64,000 nt of DNA from a virus, in IMG/VR virus record IMGVR_UViG_3300030105_001626, positions 1-64,000 of that record; one strand, 5' to 3'. The notes below the pieces were generated by a model. The model worked only from the letters and a program-made list of their open reading frames with translations, was not told the DNA's origin and did not search any database. Numbering within the stretch: the stretch's first letter is position 1; each line of letters begins with the position of its first letter. The translations under genes and the position numbers were made by a program. Below, piece by piece: positions 38,475-46,178 of the stretch.

Positions 38475-39005
38475 TTAAAAGTAATCGCCAATTCCACCAC
38501 TTAAAGAACCAGTTTGAACTGGCTTTTCTGCAGGAGTTTCTACCGGTGCTTTTGGTCCACTTCCCATAGAATATCCACTTTCATCTTCTACTGGATATGA
38601 TGATTGTTTTGTTTCAAATTCCCAACCTTCTTTTACAAATTGTTGAAAGTTTGGTGGTGTCCATGTTGTAGGTTTTAGAATCTTACCATCTTCTCTCTTT
38701 GTTACCAATCCAGTTTCTTTATTAATCTTAATTAAATTATTTGCAGCACCTTCTTTCCAGATACCATCAACATTTAATCCTAATGAATTCATGTAGCCAA
38801 GAATAACCCATATTGAATCAAAACAAGCATCAATGATTTCTGGTTTATCGCCAATAGCCATGCTTGTGTGTAATTCTGCAATCTCTTCTTTTATAAGATT
38901 ATAATATAGGTCAGATTGTGGTTGATTAACCGTTGTTGTGGTTTGTCCTGCAGCTTTCATAAAGGTCTTTACATCTTTATTAAAATTTGTGATTGCTTTA
39001 GTCAT
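38475..39005 (-). CDS. MazG-like nucleotide pyrophosphohydrolase
   Basis: LIKEEIAEL, DACFDSIWV, NNL.K, REDGKILKP..W..P motifs. Confidence 0.85.
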   Translation of the reverse strand: MTKAITNFNKDVKTFMKAAGQTTTTVNQPQSDLYYNLIKEEIAELHTSMAIGDKPEIIDACFDSIWVILGYMNSLGLNVDGIWKEGAANNLIKINKETGLVTKREDGKILKPTTWTPPNFQQFVKEGWEFETKQSSYPVEDESGYSMGSGPKAPVETPAEKPVQTGSLSGGIGDYF

Positions 39006-39472
39006 AATATTTTCCTTGATTTATAATATTTTTTCATTCCTTCTGATATCTTAGTCTTTGTTTCGTCACTATGCCATTCTAGTTCTTTTGCCTTTTGATT
39101 AGCAACACGAGAGGCACGATTGTTTCTAGCGTGTTCGGCAGTTCTTACTTTACCACTTGCAGACTTAGACATTTTTCTTTTGGTCTCTTCAGAATGTTTT
39201 TTGCCAATCTTACTTGCAATCATTCTAGCTTTGCCTTCTGGTGACATTCTATTTTTCATACTCCCACCAATTGAGCGTGCCATGAAAAGCGCCTCGTCCT
39301 TATTCATTTGACCTTTTAGCATATGCCAGGCCATAAAATCTTCTTGTTTTCCATGTTGTTCGTATAATTTCTTATGAGCGAGACTATGGTCTTCAACTGA
39401 AAGTTCTATAAGATTGGATGGTTCGTCTGTTCCACCCATGTGCTTAGGTATTATGTGATGTTTATGTTTCAT
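39002..39472 (-). CDS. free-standing HNH homing endonuclease with NUMOD3 DNA-binding repeats
   Basis: HHIIPKHMGGTD..SNL..L...DH...H HNH core; GKKHSEETKRKMS and HSDETKTKISE NUMOD3 repeats; start reassigned to MKHK, downstream of the CTAAATA promoter. Confidence 0.88.
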   Translation of the reverse strand: MKHKHHIIPKHMGGTDEPSNLIELSVEDHSLAHKKLYEQHGKQEDFMAWHMLKGQMNKDEALFMARSIGGSMKNRMSPEGKARMIASKIGKKHSEETKRKMSKSASGKVRTAEHARNNRASRVANQKAKELEWHSDETKTKISEGMKKYYKSRKIL

Positions 39473-39477
39473 ACATC

Positions 39478-39504
39478 TATTTAGTAGCATCGTGAGTTCA
39501 AACC
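39478..39504 (-). promoter_or_regulatory. late-type promoter (CTAAATA) with adjacent putative endonuclease operator
   Basis: GGTTTGAACTCACGATG (39504-39488) matches the spliced pqqA junction GGTTTGAAGTGACTATG at 14/17 nt. Confidence 0.65.
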
Positions 39505-39520
39505 TAACTCTTTGCCCAAC

Positions 39521-39543
39521 AAAAAACCCTCTTGCGAGGGTTT
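39521..39543 (-). terminator. intrinsic terminator after pqqA
   Basis: AAACCCTC-GCAA-GAGGGTTT followed by TTTG; GNRA loop. Confidence 0.85.
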
Positions 39544-39605
39544 AATGATTTTACTATTCTGATAAAGCGTTTGTAATTTGTAACAACTTTATATATTGTG
39601 AATAA

Positions 39606-39955
39606 TTATCTATTCATAACATACATAGTCACTTCAACGTAGTGGTGGCAGGCGTTCCAGAGTATTCGTCTTTTTGCCTGTTGCCTTGTTATCGATGTGG
39701 CTCTTTATCCTCACCTTCAATATATCACTATATTGTCCAGACTATATCATCAAGACTTGTTGTCTTGCCGGGCACTCGTGTCATCTTCATCACTGTTCTA
39801 GTGGTATGATGTTAGTCGTTGAACCTTCTCATAATCCCTTATGAGCTTGGATGCTGATTGTCTCGAAAGATGTCCCAGCAGTTCACCCGGTTTTAATTGG
39901 GCCTAAATCAAATTAACCCAAAACGCATTTCAGTTGCTGATGGAGTTGTCCACAT
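39606..39955 (-). CDS. pqqA: pyrroloquinoline quinone precursor peptide PqqA, split gene: exon 1 39955-39916, exon 2 39637-39606
   Basis: Spliced product MWTTPSATEMRFGFEVTMYVMNR (23 aa) with E-x-x-x-Y core; AAGGA RBS; the unspliced frame stops at ...RFGLI*. Confidence 0.95.
39638..39915 (-). mobile_element. group I self-splicing intron without ORF (278 nt, IA-like)
   Basis: 5' exon ends in U; P1 UUGGGU/GCCCAA with U.G at the splice site; P GAACUGCUGGG; Q CAAUCAGCAUCC; R GGUUCAACGACUA; S GAUAUAGUC; P3 CCGGG/CCCGG; P8 CAAGAC/GUCUUG; P9 CAAUAUA-GUGA-UAUAUUG; terminal omega-G. Confidence 0.95.
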
Positions 39956-40062
39956 AGTATTGATTCCTTTTTAAAAAGTTATATTAAAGAACCAGGTCAA
40001 CAGAGAGTATTTCTACAAAGTCTGCCTTGAGATTTAACAAACAATTTCTATTTGTTAAAGGT

Positions 40063-40091
40063 ATTTTATACTACTTGACAGCTAAAAGCAA
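40063..40091 (-). promoter_or_regulatory. sigma70-type promoter of pqqA
   Basis: TTGCTT-N17-TAAAAT, about 100 nt upstream of the pqqA ATG. Confidence 0.55.
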
Positions 40092-40118
40092 TAGAGAAAA
40101 TCATTAAATTGTTCTAGA

Positions 40119-40583
40119 CTATTTTATTAGTCCTACCTTGTATACAGTTTTGCCATTTTCTTTCATAGCAGTTAAAGCTCTTTTACGGTTGCTACCATCT
40201 GTTTTGTGACTTACATGAACCCAACCAGAGTCATCAATACCTGGAGTATAAAACTCCAATATTACTTGGTCGAAGTCGAGGTTGTCTACAATATACTGAG
40301 CCAGGTCTGCATTGGCGACACCAGGACACTCTATGTCGGCAGCTTCACCGTGACAGTGTTGTGATTTAGATGAACCGCCTACTGCTTTGTTAAGTTCTGG
40401 ACCACGATATCCTGAATTGATTGTTGTTACGCCAAAATGGTCTCTGACCTTTTGCACAACATTATCGAATAAGGCTTTTGCATTTTCTAGATGACCATCA
40501 TCTGGAGTATTATCAATGTCCATTCGAATTGCTGTTTGGCTTTTAGTAAATTCTTGTAGTGTAAAGTTTTCAGATAGTTTCAA
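40119..40583 (-). CDS. peptidase M15 family (endolysin candidate)
   Basis: SGYR..LN.AVGG...SQH..GEAAD and WVHVS motifs. Confidence 0.9.
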   Translation of the reverse strand: MKLSENFTLQEFTKSQTAIRMDIDNTPDDGHLENAKALFDNVVQKVRDHFGVTTINSGYRGPELNKAVGGSSKSQHCHGEAADIECPGVANADLAQYIVDNLDFDQVILEFYTPGIDDSGWVHVSHKTDGSNRKRALTAMKENGKTVYKVGLIK

Positions 40584-40585
40584 TT

Positions 40586-40780
40586 TTATTCTCCCATTGC
40601 TTTAACCTTGCGGTTGCTTGTTCGAACGCCAGTAGCAAGTGCATCAACGATTGCGTTTTTAAAGACGTAATCTTTTGTGCCAGTCATACCACTTGACATT
40701 GTTTTAAATTGTTTGTGTAACTTGAAACTTGGACCAGTTTTTTTATGAGCCTTTTTTCTATAATCTATATCTGCCATCAT
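40586..40780 (-). CDS. small basic hypothetical protein
   Basis: ORF track; GGAGA RBS. Confidence 0.6.
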   Translation of the reverse strand: MMADIDYRKKAHKKTGPSFKLHKQFKTMSSGMTGTKDYVFKNAIVDALATGVRTSNRKVKAMGE

Positions 40781-40794
40781 ATATCTCCAATGTT

Positions 40795-40822
40795 AAAAAA
40801 GTGGGAGTTTAGGAACTCCCAC
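40795..40822 (-). terminator. intrinsic terminator after hsp20
   Basis: GTGGGAGTT-CCTA-AACTCCCAC followed by T6. Confidence 0.88.
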
Positions 40823-40825
40823 CAT

Positions 40826-41341
40826 TCATTTACGTTTACCTGTTTTACTTTCATTTAATAGTTCTGGCTTAAATAAATTAAGCGATTCGTCACTAATTTC
40901 AATATTGCGAGGTTTCTTATGTTCAGGAATTACATTCTCTAAACCTATTCGTAAGATGCCATCTGTATATTCGGCACCACGAACTTCCACCGTATCAGCA
41001 ATTTTGACTGTTTTGGTAAAAGAACGAAGACCAATACCTCGATGTAAATATTCAATATCTGATAAATCTACATTTTTGGATTGTTCGTCTTTATTGCCCT
41101 TAATTATCAAATGGCCATCATCAACCGTAATATCAATCTCAGACTTATTATATCCAGCCACAGCGAGTTCTACCACATAATGGTATTCATCGACTTTAAC
41201 GATGTTGTGAGGTGGAAATGAGGTTTGAGTATTGTTGTTAGGTGTTGATGCTAGCATCTGTTCAACTTCACCGAATAGTTGTTCGAATCCAAGTGTAGAG
41301 TTATATAGAGGGCTAAATGAAAAGCGTTGACTTAATGTCAT
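40826..41341 (-). CDS. small heat-shock protein Hsp20 (IbpA-like)
   Basis: FPPHNI, ELAVAG, YLHRGIG.RSF, GILRI.L...IPE.KKPR.I motifs. Confidence 0.95.
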   Translation of the reverse strand: MTLSQRFSFSPLYNSTLGFEQLFGEVEQMLASTPNNNTQTSFPPHNIVKVDEYHYVVELAVAGYNKSEIDITVDDGHLIIKGNKDEQSKNVDLSDIEYLHRGIGLRSFTKTVKIADTVEVRGAEYTDGILRIGLENVIPEHKKPRNIEISDESLNLFKPELLNESKTGKRK

Positions 41342-41373
41342 GTTGTTTCTCCTTGTTAAGCGAGTTTCAAAAA

Positions 41374-41440
41374 GATGACCCCGAAGGCATCATCAAAGTG
41401 ACAGTTTTAAACTGGTCTGCCAACCAGATTCTTATTTATA
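41374..41440 (-). promoter_or_regulatory. late promoter and structured hsp20 leader
   Basis: TATAAATA at 41433-41440; hairpins CTGGT/ACCAG and GATGATGCC-TTCG-GGGTCATC. Confidence 0.6.
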
Positions 41441-41454
41441 ACCTTTTGGTTATA

Positions 41455-41862
41455 TTATTCATGCTCCATAGGTTTTTTGCCTATATTATATTTTGCAATT
41501 AATTCCCAATCATCTTTTTCTTTATATGAGATAATCTTTATTTGATGTAGAGGTGCCACATTATCTTCTAATGGTTTTGGATTTAGAATTTTAACTAAAG
41601 CCCATTCCTCTAATAATTTTGCTATTGCATTTCTTCTTTGTATATCATTCTCAGATATATTGGATGGTTTTCCATCCAGTCCAAACAATTCCTTGAAATG
41701 TACAATATAATATCTACCTTGCTTGTGTAATATATGACAAGATTGATATAGAATCTTTTCTTTACGAGAAGATACACCTATTCGTGTGAGTGTCTCACGA
41801 ACTTTTAAAAAGTCATCTTGATGATTAAGAGTGACCTCAATGAAATCGTTTAAATCTACCAT
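41455..41862 (-). CDS. regA: translational repressor RegA
   Basis: DDFLKVRETLTRIG, LYQSCHILHKQGRYYIVHFKELF motifs. Confidence 0.97.
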   Translation of the reverse strand: MVDLNDFIEVTLNHQDDFLKVRETLTRIGVSSRKEKILYQSCHILHKQGRYYIVHFKELFGLDGKPSNISENDIQRRNAIAKLLEEWALVKILNPKPLEDNVAPLHQIKIISYKEKDDWELIAKYNIGKKPMEHE

Positions 41863-41866
41863 ACAT

Positions 41867-42259
41867 TTATCCCTTCTTACCTAAACCGCCAGTGTTGGCT
41901 GAATTGGCTAATTCTTCTAGTTGCGTTTTCGTGAGGGTTGAGAGGACTTCTCTCGCTTTGGAATTTGAGATATTATAGACCTGTTTGATACATTCTATAT
42001 TTGCAATCTTCTCAGTTTTCACCCACTTAGCAAACGGCCTTTTGCTCTTTCTAACTATATTTAGTAAAAAGTCATTCTGCAACCTAGATTCTAGGTGATG
42101 ATGTTGATTCATCTCGTTGGCATAAAATATACAGTCTTTATGGTAGGATAAAGTCCGATTAATTAAGAATGGTTTATAACCAAGTTCAGTTATATCATCA
42201 ACAATTAATTGTTTGCCGCCGTATAATATTTGGTTTGAGTAATCGAATGGGCTACTCAT
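41867..42259 (-). CDS. 62: clamp loader small subunit gp62
   Basis: Y.PFLINR.LS...D....ANEMN pattern; synteny 45-44-62-regA. Confidence 0.92.
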   Translation of the reverse strand: MSSPFDYSNQILYGGKQLIVDDITELGYKPFLINRTLSYHKDCIFYANEMNQHHHLESRLQNDFLLNIVRKSKRPFAKWVKTEKIANIECIKQVYNISNSKAREVLSTLTKTQLEELANSANTGGLGKKG

Positions 42260-43191
42260 TATTTAAATTCGCAGTTAGCCATCAATTCAGTTAAACATGC
42301 AACTAAATTAATTTCTGAATCAGCTACAAAAGCATTCTTGTATTGATAGTCTGCAATAATTAATACTGCTTGAGGTATCGATTCTTTCTTCATCATATCA
42401 TAAAGAGCTTCATAAACTTGTCTGAACACCGTATTAGAATCTATGTCAGTAGTTGCAACCCATTTACGAATTGAATTAAAGTTCTTCTCTTTTAGATATT
42501 GTGTAATCTGGTCAATTTGAACATTACCAATATGAGCCAAAATGCCAGTATCAATCTTACCAAATTGTGAGTATCTTTGTAACTCATTAATTACTCTTCT
42601 GAAATCAGGGAAATGTTTCTTAATCAATTCAGCAATCACAGCTTTCTCAAATTCAACTTTTTCTGTTACCAGAACTGATTCGATTCTCTGCATAAACTGA
42701 GTTGCCATTTGAGACTTCTCATTTCCTTTAAGAGAGAATTCAACACCAGCACATCTAGAATGTAATGGTTCAATAATACGATTCTTATAATTACAAGTAA
42801 ATATGAATGAACAGTTTCCTGCAAATTCTTCTATTGCATTACGAAGAGCGGGTTGAGTTGAGTTTGGATTTAGATAGTCTGCTTCATCCATGATAATAAC
42901 TTTTCTGCCACCAACAAGTGACATCGAAGAAGCATAGTTCTTGATTTTAGTTCTGAATGTATCAATACCACTTTCATCAGAACCATTAATGACTAGATAG
43001 TCACAACCAATTTCTTCACACATAGCTTTTGCAACAGTTGTTTTACCAACACCTGCACCACCAGATAAAAGAAGATTGGGAATACTTTTCTGATTGACAT
43101 ACTCTTGAAAAGGTTTCTTTAACCTTTCAGGTAATATACAATCTGCAATTGTTACTGGCCTATACTTTTCCGTCCATAATAAATGTTCCAT
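42259..43191 (-). CDS. 44: clamp loader large subunit gp44
   Basis: WTEKYRP, GGAGVGKTT, DEAD, LHSRC motifs. Confidence 0.97.
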   Translation of the reverse strand: MEHLLWTEKYRPVTIADCILPERLKKPFQEYVNQKSIPNLLLSGGAGVGKTTVAKAMCEEIGCDYLVINGSDESGIDTFRTKIKNYASSMSLVGGRKVIIMDEADYLNPNSTQPALRNAIEEFAGNCSFIFTCNYKNRIIEPLHSRCAGVEFSLKGNEKSQMATQFMQRIESVLVTEKVEFEKAVIAELIKKHFPDFRRVINELQRYSQFGKIDTGILAHIGNVQIDQITQYLKEKNFNSIRKWVATTDIDSNTVFRQVYEALYDMMKKESIPQAVLIIADYQYKNAFVADSEINLVACLTELMANCEFK

Positions 43192-43223
43192 TTTTCACAT
43201 ACCTCATAATATAATATAATAAA

Positions 43224-43901
43224 TTAAGATTCAAACTTAGAACCTTGTTCAGTTGTCACCCAATATTGTAAATCAATATCTTTGTTTTTGAAATGCGAAA
43301 TACCTTTTGATGAAATATTTACATCATAGCTACCTGGTAATAGTTTAGATAAGTTTTCTGTTTTGAAAATCATTTTATAAACTTTAGTATCGCCGTCAGC
43401 AATTTCAAGAGTGTTTGTATGTGAAGAATCGTTAGAAGTATCTAGAGTAGCAAGACTAATTTTCGTGCCATTAGATTCAACTGCGATTTGTGGAGAAGAT
43501 AGAACTGCAGCTGTTCTCATGATATCACTAAAATCATCGGCTGATAAAGATATTGATATTTCTGGTTCAGGCATTACAAGTTCTTTTTCTGGAGGAGTAA
43601 CAATCATTGTTGGTTCACAAAAACGATATTTTGTTTTTGAACGACCTTTGTTACTAACAATAATTACATTTTTATCTTCAAATTCAAATGTCGGGTCAGT
43701 GCCTAACGAGATGACGGATAAAAAGTTGTTGAGGTCATAAACGCCAAATTCTGCAGGAACTTCTTCAGCAATATTCACTTGTGCTAGAATATTCTTATGA
43801 GAAGATACAGTCTTTAATGTCTTACCTGCTTTAAATAAAATACCTTGGTTGATTGCACCAAAGTTTTTCAATATCGATAATGTTTCATTCGAAAGTTTCA
43901 T
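43224..43901 (-). CDS. 45: sliding clamp gp45
   Basis: MKLSNETL.ILKNF..IN, FGVYDLN.FL motifs. Confidence 0.95.
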   Translation of the reverse strand: MKLSNETLSILKNFGAINQGILFKAGKTLKTVSSHKNILAQVNIAEEVPAEFGVYDLNNFLSVISLGTDPTFEFEDKNVIIVSNKGRSKTKYRFCEPTMIVTPPEKELVMPEPEISISLSADDFSDIMRTAAVLSSPQIAVESNGTKISLATLDTSNDSSHTNTLEIADGDTKVYKMIFKTENLSKLLPGSYDVNISSKGISHFKNKDIDLQYWVTTEQGSKFES

Positions 43902-43954
43902 AATATAGTTTCACCTTATAATAATAAATTTTGTTTCTTTTCACTTACTTTAAC

Positions 43955-43987
43955 ATCCTACTACAAATATTCATAGAAAAGAGGTAA
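43955..43987 (-). promoter_or_regulatory. putative middle-type promoter of gp45 (variant)
   Basis: TTACCT-N21-TAGGAT. Confidence 0.35.
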
Positions 43988-44003
43988 ACTTTATTTGTTT
44001 TCC

Positions 44004-44228
44004 TCATTTTAATGAATTCATCTGTTCAATTCTTTCTAGTCTAATTTTCTCGAAGGCTATCTTTTTTTCTTCTGGAGTTAAGCTGTCATAGTCTACTTCT
44101 GTAGTATATTCAGATTTTGGTTTTTCACATAAGAAGTTACAACTTATCTTATATATTATTTGATACCATATTGTAAAAAAGAGTATGATACAGAACCAAA
44201 GTATTATCTTATTGAAATAATATCTCAC
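44004..44228 (-). CDS. small membrane-anchored protein
   Basis: N-terminal TM helix. Confidence 0.55.
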   Translation of the reverse strand: MRYYFNKIILWFCIILFFTIWYQIIYKISCNFLCEKPKSEYTTEVDYDSLTPEEKKIAFEKIRLERIEQMNSLK

Positions 44229-44869
44229 TATCTTGCCATGAAAATATCATTATCCAACATTCTAAGAACTTCAGTTTCTAGTTCAGCAATAGTGCCATTG
44301 TTTTCAATTGTATAATCAATATGACATCCAACCCAATCAAATTCAGAGGAATGAATTTTAAGTTCTTGCATCCTCATGCAGGCCATTGACCAACGATAGT
44401 TTTTCTTAGGACCTTTATTCACATTTACAGCATCTTCAAACCATTTTACTTCAGGTCCTCTGATTATTCTTACAATTTTACCACCTTGTTTATGAATCAT
44501 TTCAATTTCATTGCGAAATCTTACATCAGTAACAACAGTGTTGGTATCTTGAGCTCTTTTCATAAGAGAATGAACCCATATATCTTTGTGAAAGACATTG
44601 CGACCACCTTCTGTACCTAATAATTGTAAGGCTTCTCTTGGTGTAAATTGGCGACCAAAGGCTTTTGACCAATACTCATCGGGAAGTTCTCGCCAGTTTC
44701 TGGACTCTTCTGAATCCCCCTCAAGTAATCTTCTATCCCATGCAAATATTTCAGCACAAGCATCTTTTAATGGCTTAGCAAAACTGTCTTTGTTATATCC
44801 TTGTTTTTGGATAATATCACCAACTGTTCCTTTGCCAGACCCCATGAATCCGACAACGCCAATTAACAT
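44228..44869 (-). CDS. deoxynucleoside monophosphate kinase (gp1-like)
   Basis: GFMGSGKGT, SFAKPLK, TPREALQLLGTE, DVRF.NE, HSSE motifs. Confidence 0.92.
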   Translation of the reverse strand: MLIGVVGFMGSGKGTVGDIIQKQGYNKDSFAKPLKDACAEIFAWDRRLLEGDSEESRNWRELPDEYWSKAFGRQFTPREALQLLGTEGGRNVFHKDIWVHSLMKRAQDTNTVVTDVRFRNEIEMIHKQGGKIVRIIRGPEVKWFEDAVNVNKGPKKNYRWSMACMRMQELKIHSSEFDWVGCHIDYTIENNGTIAELETEVLRMLDNDIFMAR

Positions 44870-45684
44870 TATAATTTACCTGTGTATTTTGCGACTGCAC
44901 CCATATCGCCGGTAAAGGCATAAGTTCCAATATGGTGAGTTTTCATCCAAGGACATAACCAAATTTTACCACCAGTCTTTCGCCACATTTGGCAGAACAT
45001 ATAATCTTCTGATAGATATCGGTCAGTACCACCGCCAGTATAACTATCTTTTGTATCAATGATTGTATCAAAGAAAGCATGAATATAATTCTTTCCATCA
45101 AAATGTTTTTGACCAACATGGTCTGGTTTATATCTAATTAAAGGAAATTCTTCTTGCATCTTCTCGAACACTCGGCGTTTAATCATCATGTGTCCTGTGC
45201 CAATTTCCATTACTTCAATCGGGTCTGTTACTGTAAATTGTTTTGTGCCTTTAACGACATTAAATACATATTCGCCAACCACTTTATTCAATTCATTAAC
45301 ATCCATATCAGGATGTTTTCTTGCTGTTTCAGCAATATTTTTCCAATTCATTGACTTTTTAGGATAAGGTCCGCCAACAATATCTTTATCTAGTGCCAAT
45401 AAAGCAACGATATCTTGTGGGTTGAATTGAACATCTGCATCAATAAACATCAAGTGAGTATATCCTGACCTTAAGAATTCATCTGCAAGGTAGTTTCTAG
45501 CACGAGTGATTAAAGATTCGTTGAATAGAAAAGAAAACTTAGTTTCGATTCCGTATTTCATCATTTGGGTTTGTAGGTCTAATGCGGCTTTGGCATAAAG
45601 ACCAAAACATTGACCACCATACATTGGTGTTGCTATAAAAAGTTTACACTTTTTCAGTTCATCTACATTAATTTTGAGTTCCAT
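44869..45684 (-). CDS. GT-A fold glycosyltransferase-like protein
   Basis: IATPMYGG, ESLITRARN, LMFIDADV, LSEDY.FC motifs. Confidence 0.75.
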   Translation of the reverse strand: MELKINVDELKKCKLFIATPMYGGQCFGLYAKAALDLQTQMMKYGIETKFSFLFNESLITRARNYLADEFLRSGYTHLMFIDADVQFNPQDIVALLALDKDIVGGPYPKKSMNWKNIAETARKHPDMDVNELNKVVGEYVFNVVKGTKQFTVTDPIEVMEIGTGHMMIKRRVFEKMQEEFPLIRYKPDHVGQKHFDGKNYIHAFFDTIIDTKDSYTGGGTDRYLSEDYMFCQMWRKTGGKIWLCPWMKTHHIGTYAFTGDMGAVAKYTGKL

Positions 45685-45706
45685 AATATATCCATTAGAG
45701 TTAAAT

Positions 45707-45739
45707 AAAAAAAAGGAGCAATATTATTTATATCGCTCC
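45707..45739 (-). terminator. intrinsic terminator with embedded late promoter
   Basis: GGAGCGATAT-AAATA-ATATTGCTCC followed by T8; TATAAATA at 45725-45732. Confidence 0.8.
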
Positions 45740-45761
45740 AATTTTAAGTCAAAGCTATACT

Positions 45762-46046
45762 CTAAGCAAAAGCTTTTTCGCCACGAAGGCGTAAATACTC
45801 AACACCGGCAGCAACAACTTTTCTAGTTGGTGTACCCATGCGATAGAATGTAACTTTCTTTCCATTTACCGTTTTGGCATTCGTGTAAATTGCATGACCT
45901 TCTTTGCGAAGTTCATCTACTCTGGCAGCAACATTTTTAATACCAAATGTTGATTGAGCCTTAGCTACGGTTAACGTATTGTAACCTGTTGGTTTTGAAA
46001 GGTAACCTAAGATTTTAGCTTTACCTGATTTTGATACTCTAGTCAT
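45762..46046 (-). CDS. winged helix-turn-helix DNA-binding protein (start reassigned to MTRVSK)
   Basis: LTVAKAQSTFGIKNVAARVDELRKEGHAIYT...YRMGTP; GGAG RBS. Confidence 0.75.
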   Translation of the reverse strand: MTRVSKSGKAKILGYLSKPTGYNTLTVAKAQSTFGIKNVAARVDELRKEGHAIYTNAKTVNGKKVTFYRMGTPTRKVVAAGVEYLRLRGEKAFA

Positions 46047-46118
46047 AAAAAACTCCATGATGTATTTGATTGCATTACAAAAAACAATCAAGCGTGCAAT
46101 CTTTCACTTGATTGTATA

Positions 46119-46150
46119 ATTATATCAGAAAACTAGACTGAATGAGGCAA
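46119..46150 (-). promoter_or_regulatory. putative activator-dependent (middle-type) promoter
   Basis: TTGCCT-N20-TATAAT. Confidence 0.55.
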
Positions 46151-46178
46151 ACTTAACCTCTATTGCCTAGTATTCTAT

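Noticed and set aside
39473-39490. ORF-track start MLLNRC for the HNH gene
   Set aside because: This stretch overlaps the late promoter and putative operator; MKHK at 39472 is the more plausible start
39476-39510. A second functional pqqA copy (frame reads VRFELTMLLNR)
   Set aside because: It lacks a start, the leader residues and the essential Tyr; treated as an operator or relic instead
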